Positions 46,586 through 55,531 of a stretch of 64,000 nt of DNA are shown here, piece after piece; position 1 is the stretch's first letter, and each line of letters starts with the position of its first letter. The stretch comes from a virus. The translations under genes and the position numbers were made by a program. A model generated the notes under the pieces. It worked only from the letters and a program-made list of their open reading frames with translations. It was not told the DNA's origin and did not search any database. The stretch lies in the IMG/VR virus record IMGVR_UViG_3300045988_073298. One strand, given 5' to 3'.

Positions 46586-47422
46586 GTGGATATAAGAAAC
46601 ATACGAAAAGAGGTACCCAATGTAGAAAGCAATAAGATACTTTCAAAAATGTACGAATTGGGATTAGAACAATTGAATGGGTATAGGCAAATAGAATCAT
46701 TACCAGAATACCCATTGGATATCAATAACCCAAAAAGCCAAGTTATACTCAAGGATTTTATTGGTAGGGTAATCGAAGAATTAACTGAAGGCTTTGAATC
46801 TACCGATGAGGTATTCGAACTTTGTCAAAAGAAAGGCTGGAATATTGAGATGTTCAATGAAGATGAATGCCAATCTATATTGAATTCCCTTGCTAATGCC
46901 AATGAAGAACAAGCAGATGCTTTAGGCTTTTTCTTTACTCTTCTAGTATATTCAAATATACTTCCTGAAGATATTCTTAGCTATAATAAAGCAAGGAACT
47001 TATTTGAAGTGATGGCTACCGGTGTTAAAGAGCTGGTAATAAAATATCCAGATTATCAGAATTTATTGAAATTTGATATCATTTGTGAAGAGGATTTCTT
47101 TGATGAAGAGGGTAAATGGGAACAGATAATTTCCTATACTCCGGGTTTTCATCAGATGAACGAATTATCACATGAGGCTGAGAAGTTATACTTATGGGAG
47201 GTAATATATGAACTCAATAAAGCAAGGAATTTTCTTAAGTGTAGACCATGGAAACAAACTCAAGTAATGACTAAAGAGATAGATTTCCAAGAATCTTTGG
47301 TAAAGTCATTTTACTTATATATGGGATTCCTTGCATTAAACGGATTTACCGATAAAGGATTGTTTAGTTTATTCTTTAAAAAACAAAGTCTCAATTTATG
47401 GAGACAGACCAGCAATTATTAG
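46586..47422 (+). CDS. all-alpha NTP pyrophosphohydrolase-like protein (dimeric dUTPase/dCTPase / MazG superfamily)
   Basis: 278 aa with a GTG start. Acidic metal-binding helices 'VIEELTEGFES' and 'NANEEQADALGFF', and 'KCRPWKQ', resemble the dimeric dUTPase (dUTPase_2) motifs. Confidence 0.5.
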   Translation: MDIRNIRKEVPNVESNKILSKMYELGLEQLNGYRQIESLPEYPLDINNPKSQVILKDFIGRVIEELTEGFESTDEVFELCQKKGWNIEMFNEDECQSILNSLANANEEQADALGFFFTLLVYSNILPEDILSYNKARNLFEVMATGVKELVIKYPDYQNLLKFDIICEEDFFDEEGKWEQIISYTPGFHQMNELSHEAEKLYLWEVIYELNKARNFLKCRPWKQTQVMTKEIDFQESLVKSFYLYMGFLALNGFTDKGLFSLFFKKQSLNLWRQTSNY

Positions 47423-47460
47423 TTACTATATTCTCTCCGTGTCTACTATAAAGAAGAATT

Positions 47461-47562
47461 ATGAGATTAAGAAAAATGAATAAATCACAAGCTTATATAG
47501 CAAGTAGAGTAAAATTACATCAGACTGCTATAAGTAAATTTTTGAAAGGAGACTTAGGGTGA
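47461..47562 (+). CDS. 33-codon mini-ORF with HTH-like sequence
   Basis: 'MRLRKMNKSQAYIASRVKLHQTAISKFLKGDLG' resembles helices 2-3 of Xre/Cro HTH domains. Its stop overlaps (GTGA) the GTG start of the next gene. It is too short for a full domain. Confidence 0.3.
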   Translation: MRLRKMNKSQAYIASRVKLHQTAISKFLKGDLG

Positions 47563-48479
47563 GTGGGTGGAATAAAAAATTAGAGGGACTTCAACTCAAT
47601 ACGGAGGAGTCCCTCCATTCGTTAGAATTTGCTACTTCACAAGAAGCATGGGAAAAACTCAATGAGGGTTTCCTAAGATTAGACCCAATCCTATTTGGGA
47701 AAGGGGCTATTGCTAATAGTGGGGTAGCAGTAGTGTATAATGTATTTATAAAAATACGTAAAGCATGGGTAGACCCAGAATTTGATTATGGGAGATGTTT
47801 CAATTACAAAGAAACTAAGTGGACTAGCTTATTGAATAACTACATAGATTTTAATAAGCTTGACTTGTTGCGTAGTAAACTGAGAGTACTAAGGAATAAG
47901 TACAATCAGAATTACAATATAACCTATATGTTTAACAATCATCATGATAATGGTAAACAATGTCTAATAGCTGCTACATTCTCAAAACGATTTGGGGAAG
48001 ATATACCTGTTATTACAATGGTAATCAGGGCATCCGAAATAACAAAAAGGTTAATCTTCGACTTCTTACTAATACAACGAATGGCGGAATATGTGTACGG
48101 ACCAGAACAATCAGTACAAATCAATTTATTTGCTACTCAAATGTATGGGAATGTAGAGACCCTCTTGATGTATCATACCCATAAACCCTTAAAGAAAGTA
48201 TTAAAAGGGGCAGAAGAAAATTCCTGGAATAAGAGGGTGAAGGAAATATGGAAGAAATTCCAAAAGGGTACCGAGAAAGAATTCTCTTCATTCAAGGTAT
48301 TTTTTAGAAGTTTTAAAGTACTCAGACCTGATTTATATGAGGAAACATATAAATCAATGAAAGCAAAGGAATTACTCCTTGAGTATGAGGATATAGAATA
48401 CCCAGAGAACGTAATTTCTTACTCTCAACGGAAAGCTTATAAAAAGAAACTTTTAAAACAAAAGAACAATGGAAGCTAA
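47559..48479 (+). CDS. divergent thymidylate-synthase-fold paralogue
   Basis: 306 aa. 'GKQCLIAATF...VIRASEITKRLIFDFLLIQRMAEYV...FATQMYGN' aligns with the same spacing to 'IPCSMYYDF...YHQRSSDFVTHFGNDVYLAWRLMEYV...IDSLHSY' of 48678-49433. It retains the Cys, the Arg and the Asp but lacks an obvious Arg-Arg/Arg-Lys phosphate loop. Confidence 0.5.
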   Translation: MSGWNKKLEGLQLNTEESLHSLEFATSQEAWEKLNEGFLRLDPILFGKGAIANSGVAVVYNVFIKIRKAWVDPEFDYGRCFNYKETKWTSLLNNYIDFNKLDLLRSKLRVLRNKYNQNYNITYMFNNHHDNGKQCLIAATFSKRFGEDIPVITMVIRASEITKRLIFDFLLIQRMAEYVYGPEQSVQINLFATQMYGNVETLLMYHTHKPLKKVLKGAEENSWNKRVKEIWKKFQKGTEKEFSSFKVFFRSFKVLRPDLYEETYKSMKAKELLLEYEDIEYPENVISYSQRKAYKKKLLKQKNNGS

Positions 48480-48663
48480 GGAGTTTTTAAATCAGAAGCG
48501 TATAGGATTGGTAAACAGATTCTATTACCAAATTTTAGGGATTAAAAAGAAAGGTGCAGAACCAGATATACCCTTGTTAATGAAAGAGGTAGAGGATTTT
48601 GATGATTTTGTATCTCGCTACTGGAATATGACCTGGGATAATTTTACAATGTCGTACAATTAA
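48469..48663 (+). CDS. hypothetical small protein
   Basis: 64 aa, overlapping the upstream stop by 11 nt. Confidence 0.4.
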   Translation: MEAKEFLNQKRIGLVNRFYYQILGIKKKGAEPDIPLLMKEVEDFDDFVSRYWNMTWDNFTMSYN

Positions 48664-48677
48664 ATATTTATATTATC

Positions 48678-49433
48678 GTGAGGATTTATAGTAATTCTTT
48701 TGAGTTAATGTCGGAGATGGGCAGAGAACTCAACAGTTATGGTCAATTGGTAAAACCAAAGACCTATCAGAATAAAGTAATTGAAGGTAAGGAGGAGTTT
48801 GAAACAAAAGAACTCATTTGCCAACAATATTGCTTAACCTCATTGGGAGACCCAGTATGGTTGTTTGTATTCTCCCATTCAAAGGAATGGGCAGATGCAG
48901 AGTTTAAAGAGAGGATTGGTTGGTATGAATTAAACCCAGGTAAAGCTTGGGAACTAAGAAAAGATTTATGGGAACAGTTTTTGGTAAAGGGTAGATTTGA
49001 TTATACCTATCCAGAACGTATTTGGAGTCAACTTAGTCCCTTCAATAGTGATATGGCTTTACAAGCAGTTATTGAATTACTCAAAAGAGATAATGATACT
49101 CGTAAGGCAGTACTCCCTATATTTCATGGTACAGACTTAAGATTCCTTGATGGGAGTAAACGTATCCCCTGTTCTATGTATTACGATTTTCTTATCCGTC
49201 AGAATGGTAAAGGAGAGAAGGTATTACATATCTGCTATCATCAAAGAAGTTCTGACTTTGTTACCCACTTTGGTAATGATGTATACCTTGCATGGAGACT
49301 TATGGAATACGTAGCTCAAGAAGTTGGTATTAAACCAGGTTACTTATACCATACCATTGATTCTCTTCATTCTTATAAGAAAGATTGGTTAGCATTAGCA
49401 TCTAATCTGGAAGACTTACAAGAGAAATACTAA
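48678..49433 (+). CDS. thymidylate-synthase-family enzyme, dCMP hydroxymethylase/methylase-like
   Basis: 251 aa with a GTG start. 'AEFKERIGWYEL', 'DTRKAVLPIF', catalytic 'IPCSMYYDFLIR', 'YHQRSSDFVTHFGNDVYLAW', 'IDSLHSY'. The spacing matches T4 gp42 as I recall it, with Asp rather than Asn at the base-specificity position. Confidence 0.7.
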   Translation: MRIYSNSFELMSEMGRELNSYGQLVKPKTYQNKVIEGKEEFETKELICQQYCLTSLGDPVWLFVFSHSKEWADAEFKERIGWYELNPGKAWELRKDLWEQFLVKGRFDYTYPERIWSQLSPFNSDMALQAVIELLKRDNDTRKAVLPIFHGTDLRFLDGSKRIPCSMYYDFLIRQNGKGEKVLHICYHQRSSDFVTHFGNDVYLAWRLMEYVAQEVGIKPGYLYHTIDSLHSYKKDWLALASNLEDLQEKY

Positions 49434-49438
49434 TAATG

Positions 49439-49477
49439 AGGGATGTATCTACTACGGGTGGGTATGTCCCTTTTTCT
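49439..49477 (+). terminator. rho-independent terminator
   Basis: AGGGATGTATC-11 nt-GGTATGTCCCT (11 pairs including 3 G-U) followed by TTTTTCTATTTT, 6 nt after the stop. Confidence 0.6.
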
Positions 49478-49487
49478 ATTTTAAAAT

Positions 49488-51818
49488 ATGGAGACACGGT
49501 ATACAATAATAAAAAACAAGAGAGAGCTTAAAAAACTTATTGCTTGTTGTAAAGCTACAGGTTATGCTTGCTGTGATTATGAATCAAATGCAGAACCAAT
49601 TTATAATAAAAGTTTTAAGCCAACTATACTCTCGGTATCTTGGATGCCAGGATTTGGTGCTTCTATTCCCTTAGACCATTTCCAAACAAAAGAATACACT
49701 TCACCTGGATGGAACTGGAAGAAGATGTTAAGGAAATTTGGGGAAGAAGTAATTGAGAATTATGATATTGTAAAGGTTGCATGGAACTGGAAATTTGATG
49801 ATCAGATTAACCAGAAGTATAATATCTATTATCGAGGTACATGCTTAGATGGGATGCTTGCCAAATATGTTCTCAATGAGGAAAAACCACATGATTTAAA
49901 GTCAATGGTAAGAAGGTATCTACCCGAACATGGAGACTATGAAAAGCAAGATGCTTTTGATAAAATACCATGGGATAAAAAAGAATTAGACCCATTATGT
50001 CACTACGGATGTCAAGATACAGATTATACTCTTCGGTTAATGCTATTCTTCGAAAAGAAATTGATGGACTTGGGTATGTATTCAGTATTCCGTAATTTAT
50101 TTATGTGTAATTCACGAGTACTCACATCAGTAGAGAAGGAGGGATTATATCTAGATACTGAGTTCAATAAAAAGCTTTTGGAAGAATATAAACCAAAAAT
50201 AGATGCTGCTAGACAAGCCATATATGACTTGCCAAGAGTAAAGAAGTTTACCGAGAAATATAATCAAGGTAAAATTGAAAGATATATAGAATCTATTGAG
50301 GCTGAACTAGAAGAATTAGATTATAATGACCCAAAAGATAAACGCAAGATTGATTCAAGGGAACAGAAAATATCGAATATTCGTGCAGGAGTATTTACTA
50401 CTAAGAAAGAACAGGACCTTATAAGACCCATTAACCTGGGTAGTACGAAGGATTTACCTGAACTTATGTATTCCGAAAGGGGTTTTAAATTCCCAATTAT
50501 CAAATATACTGTAGATAGTAAAACTGGTAAACAAACCGATAGACCAAGTACTGATGAAGAAACTCTCATTAACTTAAGATTAACGGTTAAAAATCAAGAT
50601 TCACCTAAGGCAGTATTTCTTGATAAACTTCTTGAATTAAGAGGTTTACAGAAAATGTATACTACATATATAGAAGGTTGGCATGAAAAAGTTCAGGATG
50701 ATTCTCGATTACATGGTAGATATAATATACATGGTACTGACTCTAATCGGTTTAGTTCTGCAGACCCAAATATGCAGCAGATACCTAAGACATCAGTAGA
50801 TCCAAATATTAAGAAACAATTAGTAGCTCCCAAAGGTTATCTATATATGGCTTTTGACTATTCCCAAGCAGAGTTAAGAATGATGGCTCACCTATCCGGC
50901 GATGAAACCTATTTGGAAGCTTTTGCTAAGGGAGTAGATCCACATCTTGGTATAGCAGCAGCAAAATATGGGGTATCAATTGAAGAGGCAAGTAAAGCTT
51001 ACGAAGATGAAAGTCATCCAGATCATAAACTTTGGAAGATGAGGAGAAAGCAAGCTAAACAAATTGCATTTGGACTTATTTATGGTATTGGAGACGCTTT
51101 ACTAGCAGTAAAATTATCCGACCCAAAAGCTGGTATTATAGTTACTAAAGAAGAAGCCCATAAAGAAATGGATGAGTTCTTTAAGAAACATCCAAAGATA
51201 CTTAAGTTTAAAGAGAAACAAGAGAAATTTTTACGTAAGCATGGGTATTATACCCAATTATTTGGTACTAAACGAAGACTCCCACAGATATATTCAAATG
51301 ATAAGCAAGAAGTTGCTTATGCCATTCGTTTAGGTCTTAACTTCCCATGTCAAGGTGCTGCAGCAAATATGACTAATTTTGGAGCTATCCTTGTTTATTG
51401 GTTAATGAGACAAGGTAAATTACCAATGATGAAAGAGGCTTGTACAGTACATGATGCTGTATATATGTATTCTAAACCTCAAGATATTAACACATGGACT
51501 GTATATACAATCTGGAATATCCTACGTAACCCAAGTACAAAAAGATATTTCGGATTTCAAGTTGATGATGTAACTTTATCAATGGATTTTACTATTGGTA
51601 GGTCAATGGCAGAGGAATTACCTTTTATGCCAGGTTACGATTATACTAAAATGTTACAACCAGATTTTTCAGTAGATGAGTATATGGAAGAATACCATAA
51701 GCTTAAGACTCATAAAATTGGAAATTTTAGTGCTGCTTCGCCTGAGGTATTTATGGAACTCTATAAAAAGGAAATCCATAAATATCAACAAGAATATGAA
51801 AAATCGAGAAAAAGGTAA
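49488..51818 (+). CDS. family A DNA polymerase with 3'-5' exonuclease domain
   Basis: Exo 'CCDYESNAE'. 'TDSNRFSSADPNMQQIPK'. Motif A 'FDYSQAELRMMAH', motif B 'RRKQAKQIAFGLIYG', motif C 'CTVHDAV'. Confidence 0.95.
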   Translation: METRYTIIKNKRELKKLIACCKATGYACCDYESNAEPIYNKSFKPTILSVSWMPGFGASIPLDHFQTKEYTSPGWNWKKMLRKFGEEVIENYDIVKVAWNWKFDDQINQKYNIYYRGTCLDGMLAKYVLNEEKPHDLKSMVRRYLPEHGDYEKQDAFDKIPWDKKELDPLCHYGCQDTDYTLRLMLFFEKKLMDLGMYSVFRNLFMCNSRVLTSVEKEGLYLDTEFNKKLLEEYKPKIDAARQAIYDLPRVKKFTEKYNQGKIERYIESIEAELEELDYNDPKDKRKIDSREQKISNIRAGVFTTKKEQDLIRPINLGSTKDLPELMYSERGFKFPIIKYTVDSKTGKQTDRPSTDEETLINLRLTVKNQDSPKAVFLDKLLELRGLQKMYTTYIEGWHEKVQDDSRLHGRYNIHGTDSNRFSSADPNMQQIPKTSVDPNIKKQLVAPKGYLYMAFDYSQAELRMMAHLSGDETYLEAFAKGVDPHLGIAAAKYGVSIEEASKAYEDESHPDHKLWKMRRKQAKQIAFGLIYGIGDALLAVKLSDPKAGIIVTKEEAHKEMDEFFKKHPKILKFKEKQEKFLRKHGYYTQLFGTKRRLPQIYSNDKQEVAYAIRLGLNFPCQGAAANMTNFGAILVYWLMRQGKLPMMKEACTVHDAVYMYSKPQDINTWTVYTIWNILRNPSTKRYFGFQVDDVTLSMDFTIGRSMAEELPFMPGYDYTKMLQPDFSVDEYMEEYHKLKTHKIGNFSAASPEVFMELYKKEIHKYQQEYEKSRKR

Positions 51819-51823
51819 TTTTG
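51816..51823 (+). promoter_or_regulatory. candidate -7 box TAATTTTG (TAnnTTTG)
   Basis: Overlaps the polymerase stop codon, 78 nt upstream of the next ORF (51901). A single short motif. Confidence 0.25.
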
Positions 51824-51900
51824 TATACTCAAAGAATTCGGTATATCAACTGGAGTTTTATATATAAAGTATTAAAGTACAATAACATAAAATTACGAAG

Positions 51901-52122
51901 ATGAAAAAGATTTTGAACGGGCCCACAGTATGGAGAGCTAAATGTCCATGCTGTGATTGTGAATTTGAATATGATGTCAGTGAAACTTTCAGGGTTTATG
52001 ATAAGAGTAATTCAAGTGTTTTTAGGATATTACAATGCCCCTCTTGTAAAACTAATATAAGGCATTCTGATTCAGTATCTACATCTACAGAAATGAAGAG
52101 AGAGGATACTATGTCCACATAA
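51901..52122 (+). CDS. small zinc-ribbon protein
   Basis: 73 aa. 'CPCCDCEF' ... 'CPSCKTN'. Confidence 0.5.
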   Translation: MKKILNGPTVWRAKCPCCDCEFEYDVSETFRVYDKSNSSVFRILQCPSCKTNIRHSDSVSTSTEMKREDTMST

Positions 52123-52144
52123 ATAAAATAAAATTTATGGAATC

Positions 52145-52666
52145 ATGGCAACAAATGAGGAATATCAAAATGCAAGTAAATTAACTGCCCTTACTTATAT
52201 GATTGCAGGATGTTTGGGTTATTCTATCGAGAATCTGTTTAAATATCTGGATGCTACGAATTTAAAGGTAAGCGGACAAGAAAAAATGTTATTCAATCGA
52301 GTAAAGACCCAATTACATCAACTACAGACTAACCTTACTACATTAGAAGGTATGGCTTTTAAAGTAATGGCTACAGATGAGGATGGGAAACTTGCTTATG
52401 AAGATGCTACTCATATCTACTGGGCAGCTTTCTTAGTATTATTAGATAGAGGGGGAACCGATGCTTTATGTGATTTACGATTAAGAGCTTTAGTAGATAA
52501 GATTAGTCCTTATAAATCTCTTCTTAAGTTGCCTGGTATGAGTTTAGCTTATCAGATGGCTTTTGCTCAGGTATCTAATGCTATCGGTAAAGGTGAATAT
52601 AGTAAGGAAGACTTTAAAAACCTATTAGAAGTTTATGAAGACAGAACTGAAAAAACTAAAGGTTAA
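52145..52666 (+). CDS. hypothetical protein
   Basis: 173-aa helical ORF, no motif recognised. Confidence 0.55.
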   Translation: MATNEEYQNASKLTALTYMIAGCLGYSIENLFKYLDATNLKVSGQEKMLFNRVKTQLHQLQTNLTTLEGMAFKVMATDEDGKLAYEDATHIYWAAFLVLLDRGGTDALCDLRLRALVDKISPYKSLLKLPGMSLAYQMAFAQVSNAIGKGEYSKEDFKNLLEVYEDRTEKTKG

Positions 52667-53051
52667 GTTTGAAGGTAAGGTTCTCGAAATAGATATTCAA
52701 AAAGAATTATCCATTAATGAGAATATCATTAATTCTCAGCTACGAGAATCTCCTTCTAGTTATTATGTACTTTGTTCTTTAAGAGATAAGTATATAAAAG
52801 AAAGAGATTTACTAGCAAGGGAAAAGGATGAAGCTTATTCTAATGCTTGGGTATATTATAAGGATGCTAACGAGAGATGGAATAACGAGTACGTATCTCA
52901 TAAGGCAAACCTTAACAAGAAATACTCTTCTATCAATGAAAGGTATTTAAAAGCAGTAGAGAAAGCAAATAAGTTCATAACAATTTGTAGATGTTACGAG
53001 TCACGAGAAAACATCTTAAGAACTATTAATGCAAACCTAAGAAAAGGTTAA
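52635..53051 (+). CDS. hypothetical protein
   Basis: 138 aa, overlaps the upstream gene by 32 nt, K/E-rich. Confidence 0.45.
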   Translation: MKTELKKLKVKFEGKVLEIDIQKELSINENIINSQLRESPSSYYVLCSLRDKYIKERDLLAREKDEAYSNAWVYYKDANERWNNEYVSHKANLNKKYSSINERYLKAVEKANKFITICRCYESRENILRTINANLRKG

Positions 53052-53099
53052 TATATTGAACTATAATAGATTACTAACTTTTAAAAACAGTATTAGAAT

Positions 53100-53492
53100 A
53101 TGAATTATTCAATGTCATTTATCTCACCTCTTGTAGCTGAGAAATTTAATCAGGAATTACCGGGATGTCCAACAGAAAACCGAGTACTTATTTTATCACC
53201 AAAGGAAGTAAATCAAACTAAATCCGGTTTGATTATCCCGGAACAGGTAAAAGAAGGAGTACCTCGTAAGGGAGTAGTAGTAAAAAGTGGTATAATCACT
53301 GAAGACTACAAAACTTACAGAGAGTTGGTTGAAATAGGTAGAGTAGTTACTTATGGATTGTATGCAGGCAAGGAATTGGAATTTGAAACAGACAAACTAT
53401 CTCCTGCTTTGCAACAACTTTTGGAAAAGAACATCCTTACCGTATTGAGTATGAATGAGGTAGTCTATTCAGAACCGAACAATCAAAATTAA
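53100..53492 (+). CDS. GroES-like co-chaperonin (Cpn10 / T4 gp31 analogue)
   Basis: 'RVLILSPKEVNQTKSGLIIPEQVKEGVPRKGVVVKSG...GRVVTYGLYAGKELEF...LTVLSMNEVV' follows the Cpn10 pattern, including the mobile-loop region. Confidence 0.65.
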   Translation: MNYSMSFISPLVAEKFNQELPGCPTENRVLILSPKEVNQTKSGLIIPEQVKEGVPRKGVVVKSGIITEDYKTYRELVEIGRVVTYGLYAGKELEFETDKLSPALQQLLEKNILTVLSMNEVVYSEPNNQN

Positions 53493-53497
53493 TCATC

Positions 53498-54298
53498 ATG
53501 ATAAAAGATAAGAAGAAAAAGAAAGTTTCATCAGAAGGACTTTCTACAAAAGAAAAGATGCTAGCTAGAAAAAAACAGCTAGAGTCTAAGGGAAATGGTA
53601 GTGGGTTAGTATACCCAAAAGAAGGTACACTTCGAATGAGAATTAAATCTCCGGGTGATGACCAGGAGTTGGGTATAGAAATTATTCAATTCTATTTGGG
53701 AGGCAATTTGGGAGGAGTAATATCTCCTGCTACCTTCGATGAATCATGCCCATTTATGGAGAAGTATCAAGAATTGAAAAACTCTAAAGATGAGGATGAT
53801 AAAGAACTTGCAAAGAATCTGGTACCAAGAAGAAGGTATGTAATAGGTGGTATAGTTTATTCCGATGAAAAGGGTAGCAAAGTTGATTATGAAGGTAAAG
53901 ATAAGGGAGTTTTAGTTCCACGCTCTGTATATCAGGATATTATTGACCTTTACCTTGATGAAGATGAGGCTGGTGATATGACCGACCCAAAAACTGGCTA
54001 CGATATTAAAGTAATCCGTTCAGGGTCTGGTAAACTAGATACTACTTATTCTGCTCGTGCTTGCAAACCGACTAAGTTGGACAAGAAATATCAGGGTACT
54101 ATTGATTTGGAGGGCATAGTTCGTTCTCAAATTAAATCCTACGATGAGTTAGAAGATTTACTTTCACAGTATTTAAATGAGGATCATGGAGATGGGGATG
54201 AGGACGATAAACCAAAGAAGAAAAAGAAGAAAGGTATTCACAAGGACCATTACATGGATGAGAAACCAAAGAAGAAAAAATATAAGTCGGACATTTAA
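53498..54298 (+). CDS. putative ssDNA-binding protein (T4 gp32-like pattern)
   Basis: 'GTLRMRIKSPGDD', 'CPFMEKYQEL', 'RRRYVIGGIVYSDEKG', 'GYDIKVIRSGSGKLDTTYS' parallel my recollection of gp32 blocks. Acidic 'DHGDGDEDD' tail. Sits next to the recombinase gene. Confidence 0.5.
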   Translation: MIKDKKKKKVSSEGLSTKEKMLARKKQLESKGNGSGLVYPKEGTLRMRIKSPGDDQELGIEIIQFYLGGNLGGVISPATFDESCPFMEKYQELKNSKDEDDKELAKNLVPRRRYVIGGIVYSDEKGSKVDYEGKDKGVLVPRSVYQDIIDLYLDEDEAGDMTDPKTGYDIKVIRSGSGKLDTTYSARACKPTKLDKKYQGTIDLEGIVRSQIKSYDELEDLLSQYLNEDHGDGDEDDKPKKKKKKGIHKDHYMDEKPKKKKYKSDI

Positions 54299-54324
54299 GG
54301 GTTAGTAATAATATGGTTTCATTC

Positions 54325-54367
54325 GAAGGTGATAATTAGATTCGTTCGGTTATCACCTTCTTTAGTT
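54325..54367 (+). terminator. hairpin terminator
   Basis: GAAGGTGATAA-14 nt-TTATCACCTTC, a perfect 11-bp stem followed by TTTAGTTT. Confidence 0.65.
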
Positions 54368-54382
54368 TAAATACATTACATT

Positions 54383-55531
54383 ATGGCAAAGAAATCTAAG
54401 GTGGGTTTAAAAGTACCTACAAAAAATGATATATTAAAGAAATATGGGGGCATGATGAGATTGGCTTCAGAAACTGTAGAATCAAACCTATGGTTACCAT
54501 CAACATTTTTTGCTCTCAACTATACCTTTGGTGGTGGTATACCATTCGGTAAAATTTTAGAAGTAGCTGGAGAAGAATCATCTGGTAAATCTCTTATTGC
54601 CTATAACTTTGCATATACTTGTCAACAACTCGGAGGACATGTTATATGGGTAGATGCCGAACAATCTTGGATGAACTCTTGGGCAGAAATTAATGGAGTA
54701 GACCCCGAAAGAGTTACAGTATTAAATGATACTCGTATAGAATATATTTCTGATGCCGTAGCAGATTTAGCAATATACCTTCGTTCCCAATTAACTAATA
54801 ATGAACCGATTCTCTTAGTGATAGATTCTATTGCTGCTATGGATTGTGCAGATAACATAGATTCTAAAATGGTAGAGGGTAAAGCTGAAATGGGAGGTAG
54901 AGCAAAAGCCCTTTACAAATACTTCCGTATCAGAAGTGAATTATTCTACAGATTGGGAGTTACACAGATTTACATTAATCAATTAAGAACTGCTTTAAAT
55001 GTCGGATTCGGAAAAGATAACACAACTACTACAGGAGGTGCAGCACTTAAGTTCTACGCTTCAATCAGAGCTGCCTTTTACTCAGGCAGGTCTATCACTG
55101 TTAAACAGAAAGGTAAAGAACGGAAAGCTGGTAAATTGGTCACAATCCGACTTATTAAAAATAAGGTTGCTCCTCCAAGACCTACAATCAGTAAGTGCCC
55201 GGTTTACTTCAATCATAAGTTCCATGAAGTAGGTTTTGATAGATGTTATGCTCTTGAGGATGTATTGGTAGAAAATGACATCATAGAAAAATCTTCAGGT
55301 GGAGTATATAAATTCAAGGATAAGACACTTGCAAGAGGGGAAGAGAAATTCCAAAAGCTATTAGAAGAAGACGATGAACTTCGTCGTAAGCTACTTCGTA
55401 AAGCTGATATAAATACTATTGGTACAACTAGAAAGAAGATAGTAGCATTGACTACTAATCTATATCCAGTAGATGGAGTAGAATATGAGTCATATAATGA
55501 ATCAGAGGACGAGGAGGAAGAAGATGAGTAA
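54383..55531 (+). CDS. RecA/UvsX-family recombinase
   Basis: 'VAGEESSGKSL' (Walker A), 'LLVIDSIAAM' (Walker B), 'YINQLR', 'TTGGAALKFYASIR'. Acidic C-terminus. Confidence 0.9.
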   Translation: MAKKSKVGLKVPTKNDILKKYGGMMRLASETVESNLWLPSTFFALNYTFGGGIPFGKILEVAGEESSGKSLIAYNFAYTCQQLGGHVIWVDAEQSWMNSWAEINGVDPERVTVLNDTRIEYISDAVADLAIYLRSQLTNNEPILLVIDSIAAMDCADNIDSKMVEGKAEMGGRAKALYKYFRIRSELFYRLGVTQIYINQLRTALNVGFGKDNTTTTGGAALKFYASIRAAFYSGRSITVKQKGKERKAGKLVTIRLIKNKVAPPRPTISKCPVYFNHKFHEVGFDRCYALEDVLVENDIIEKSSGGVYKFKDKTLARGEEKFQKLLEEDDELRRKLLRKADINTIGTTRKKIVALTTNLYPVDGVEYESYNESEDEEEEDE

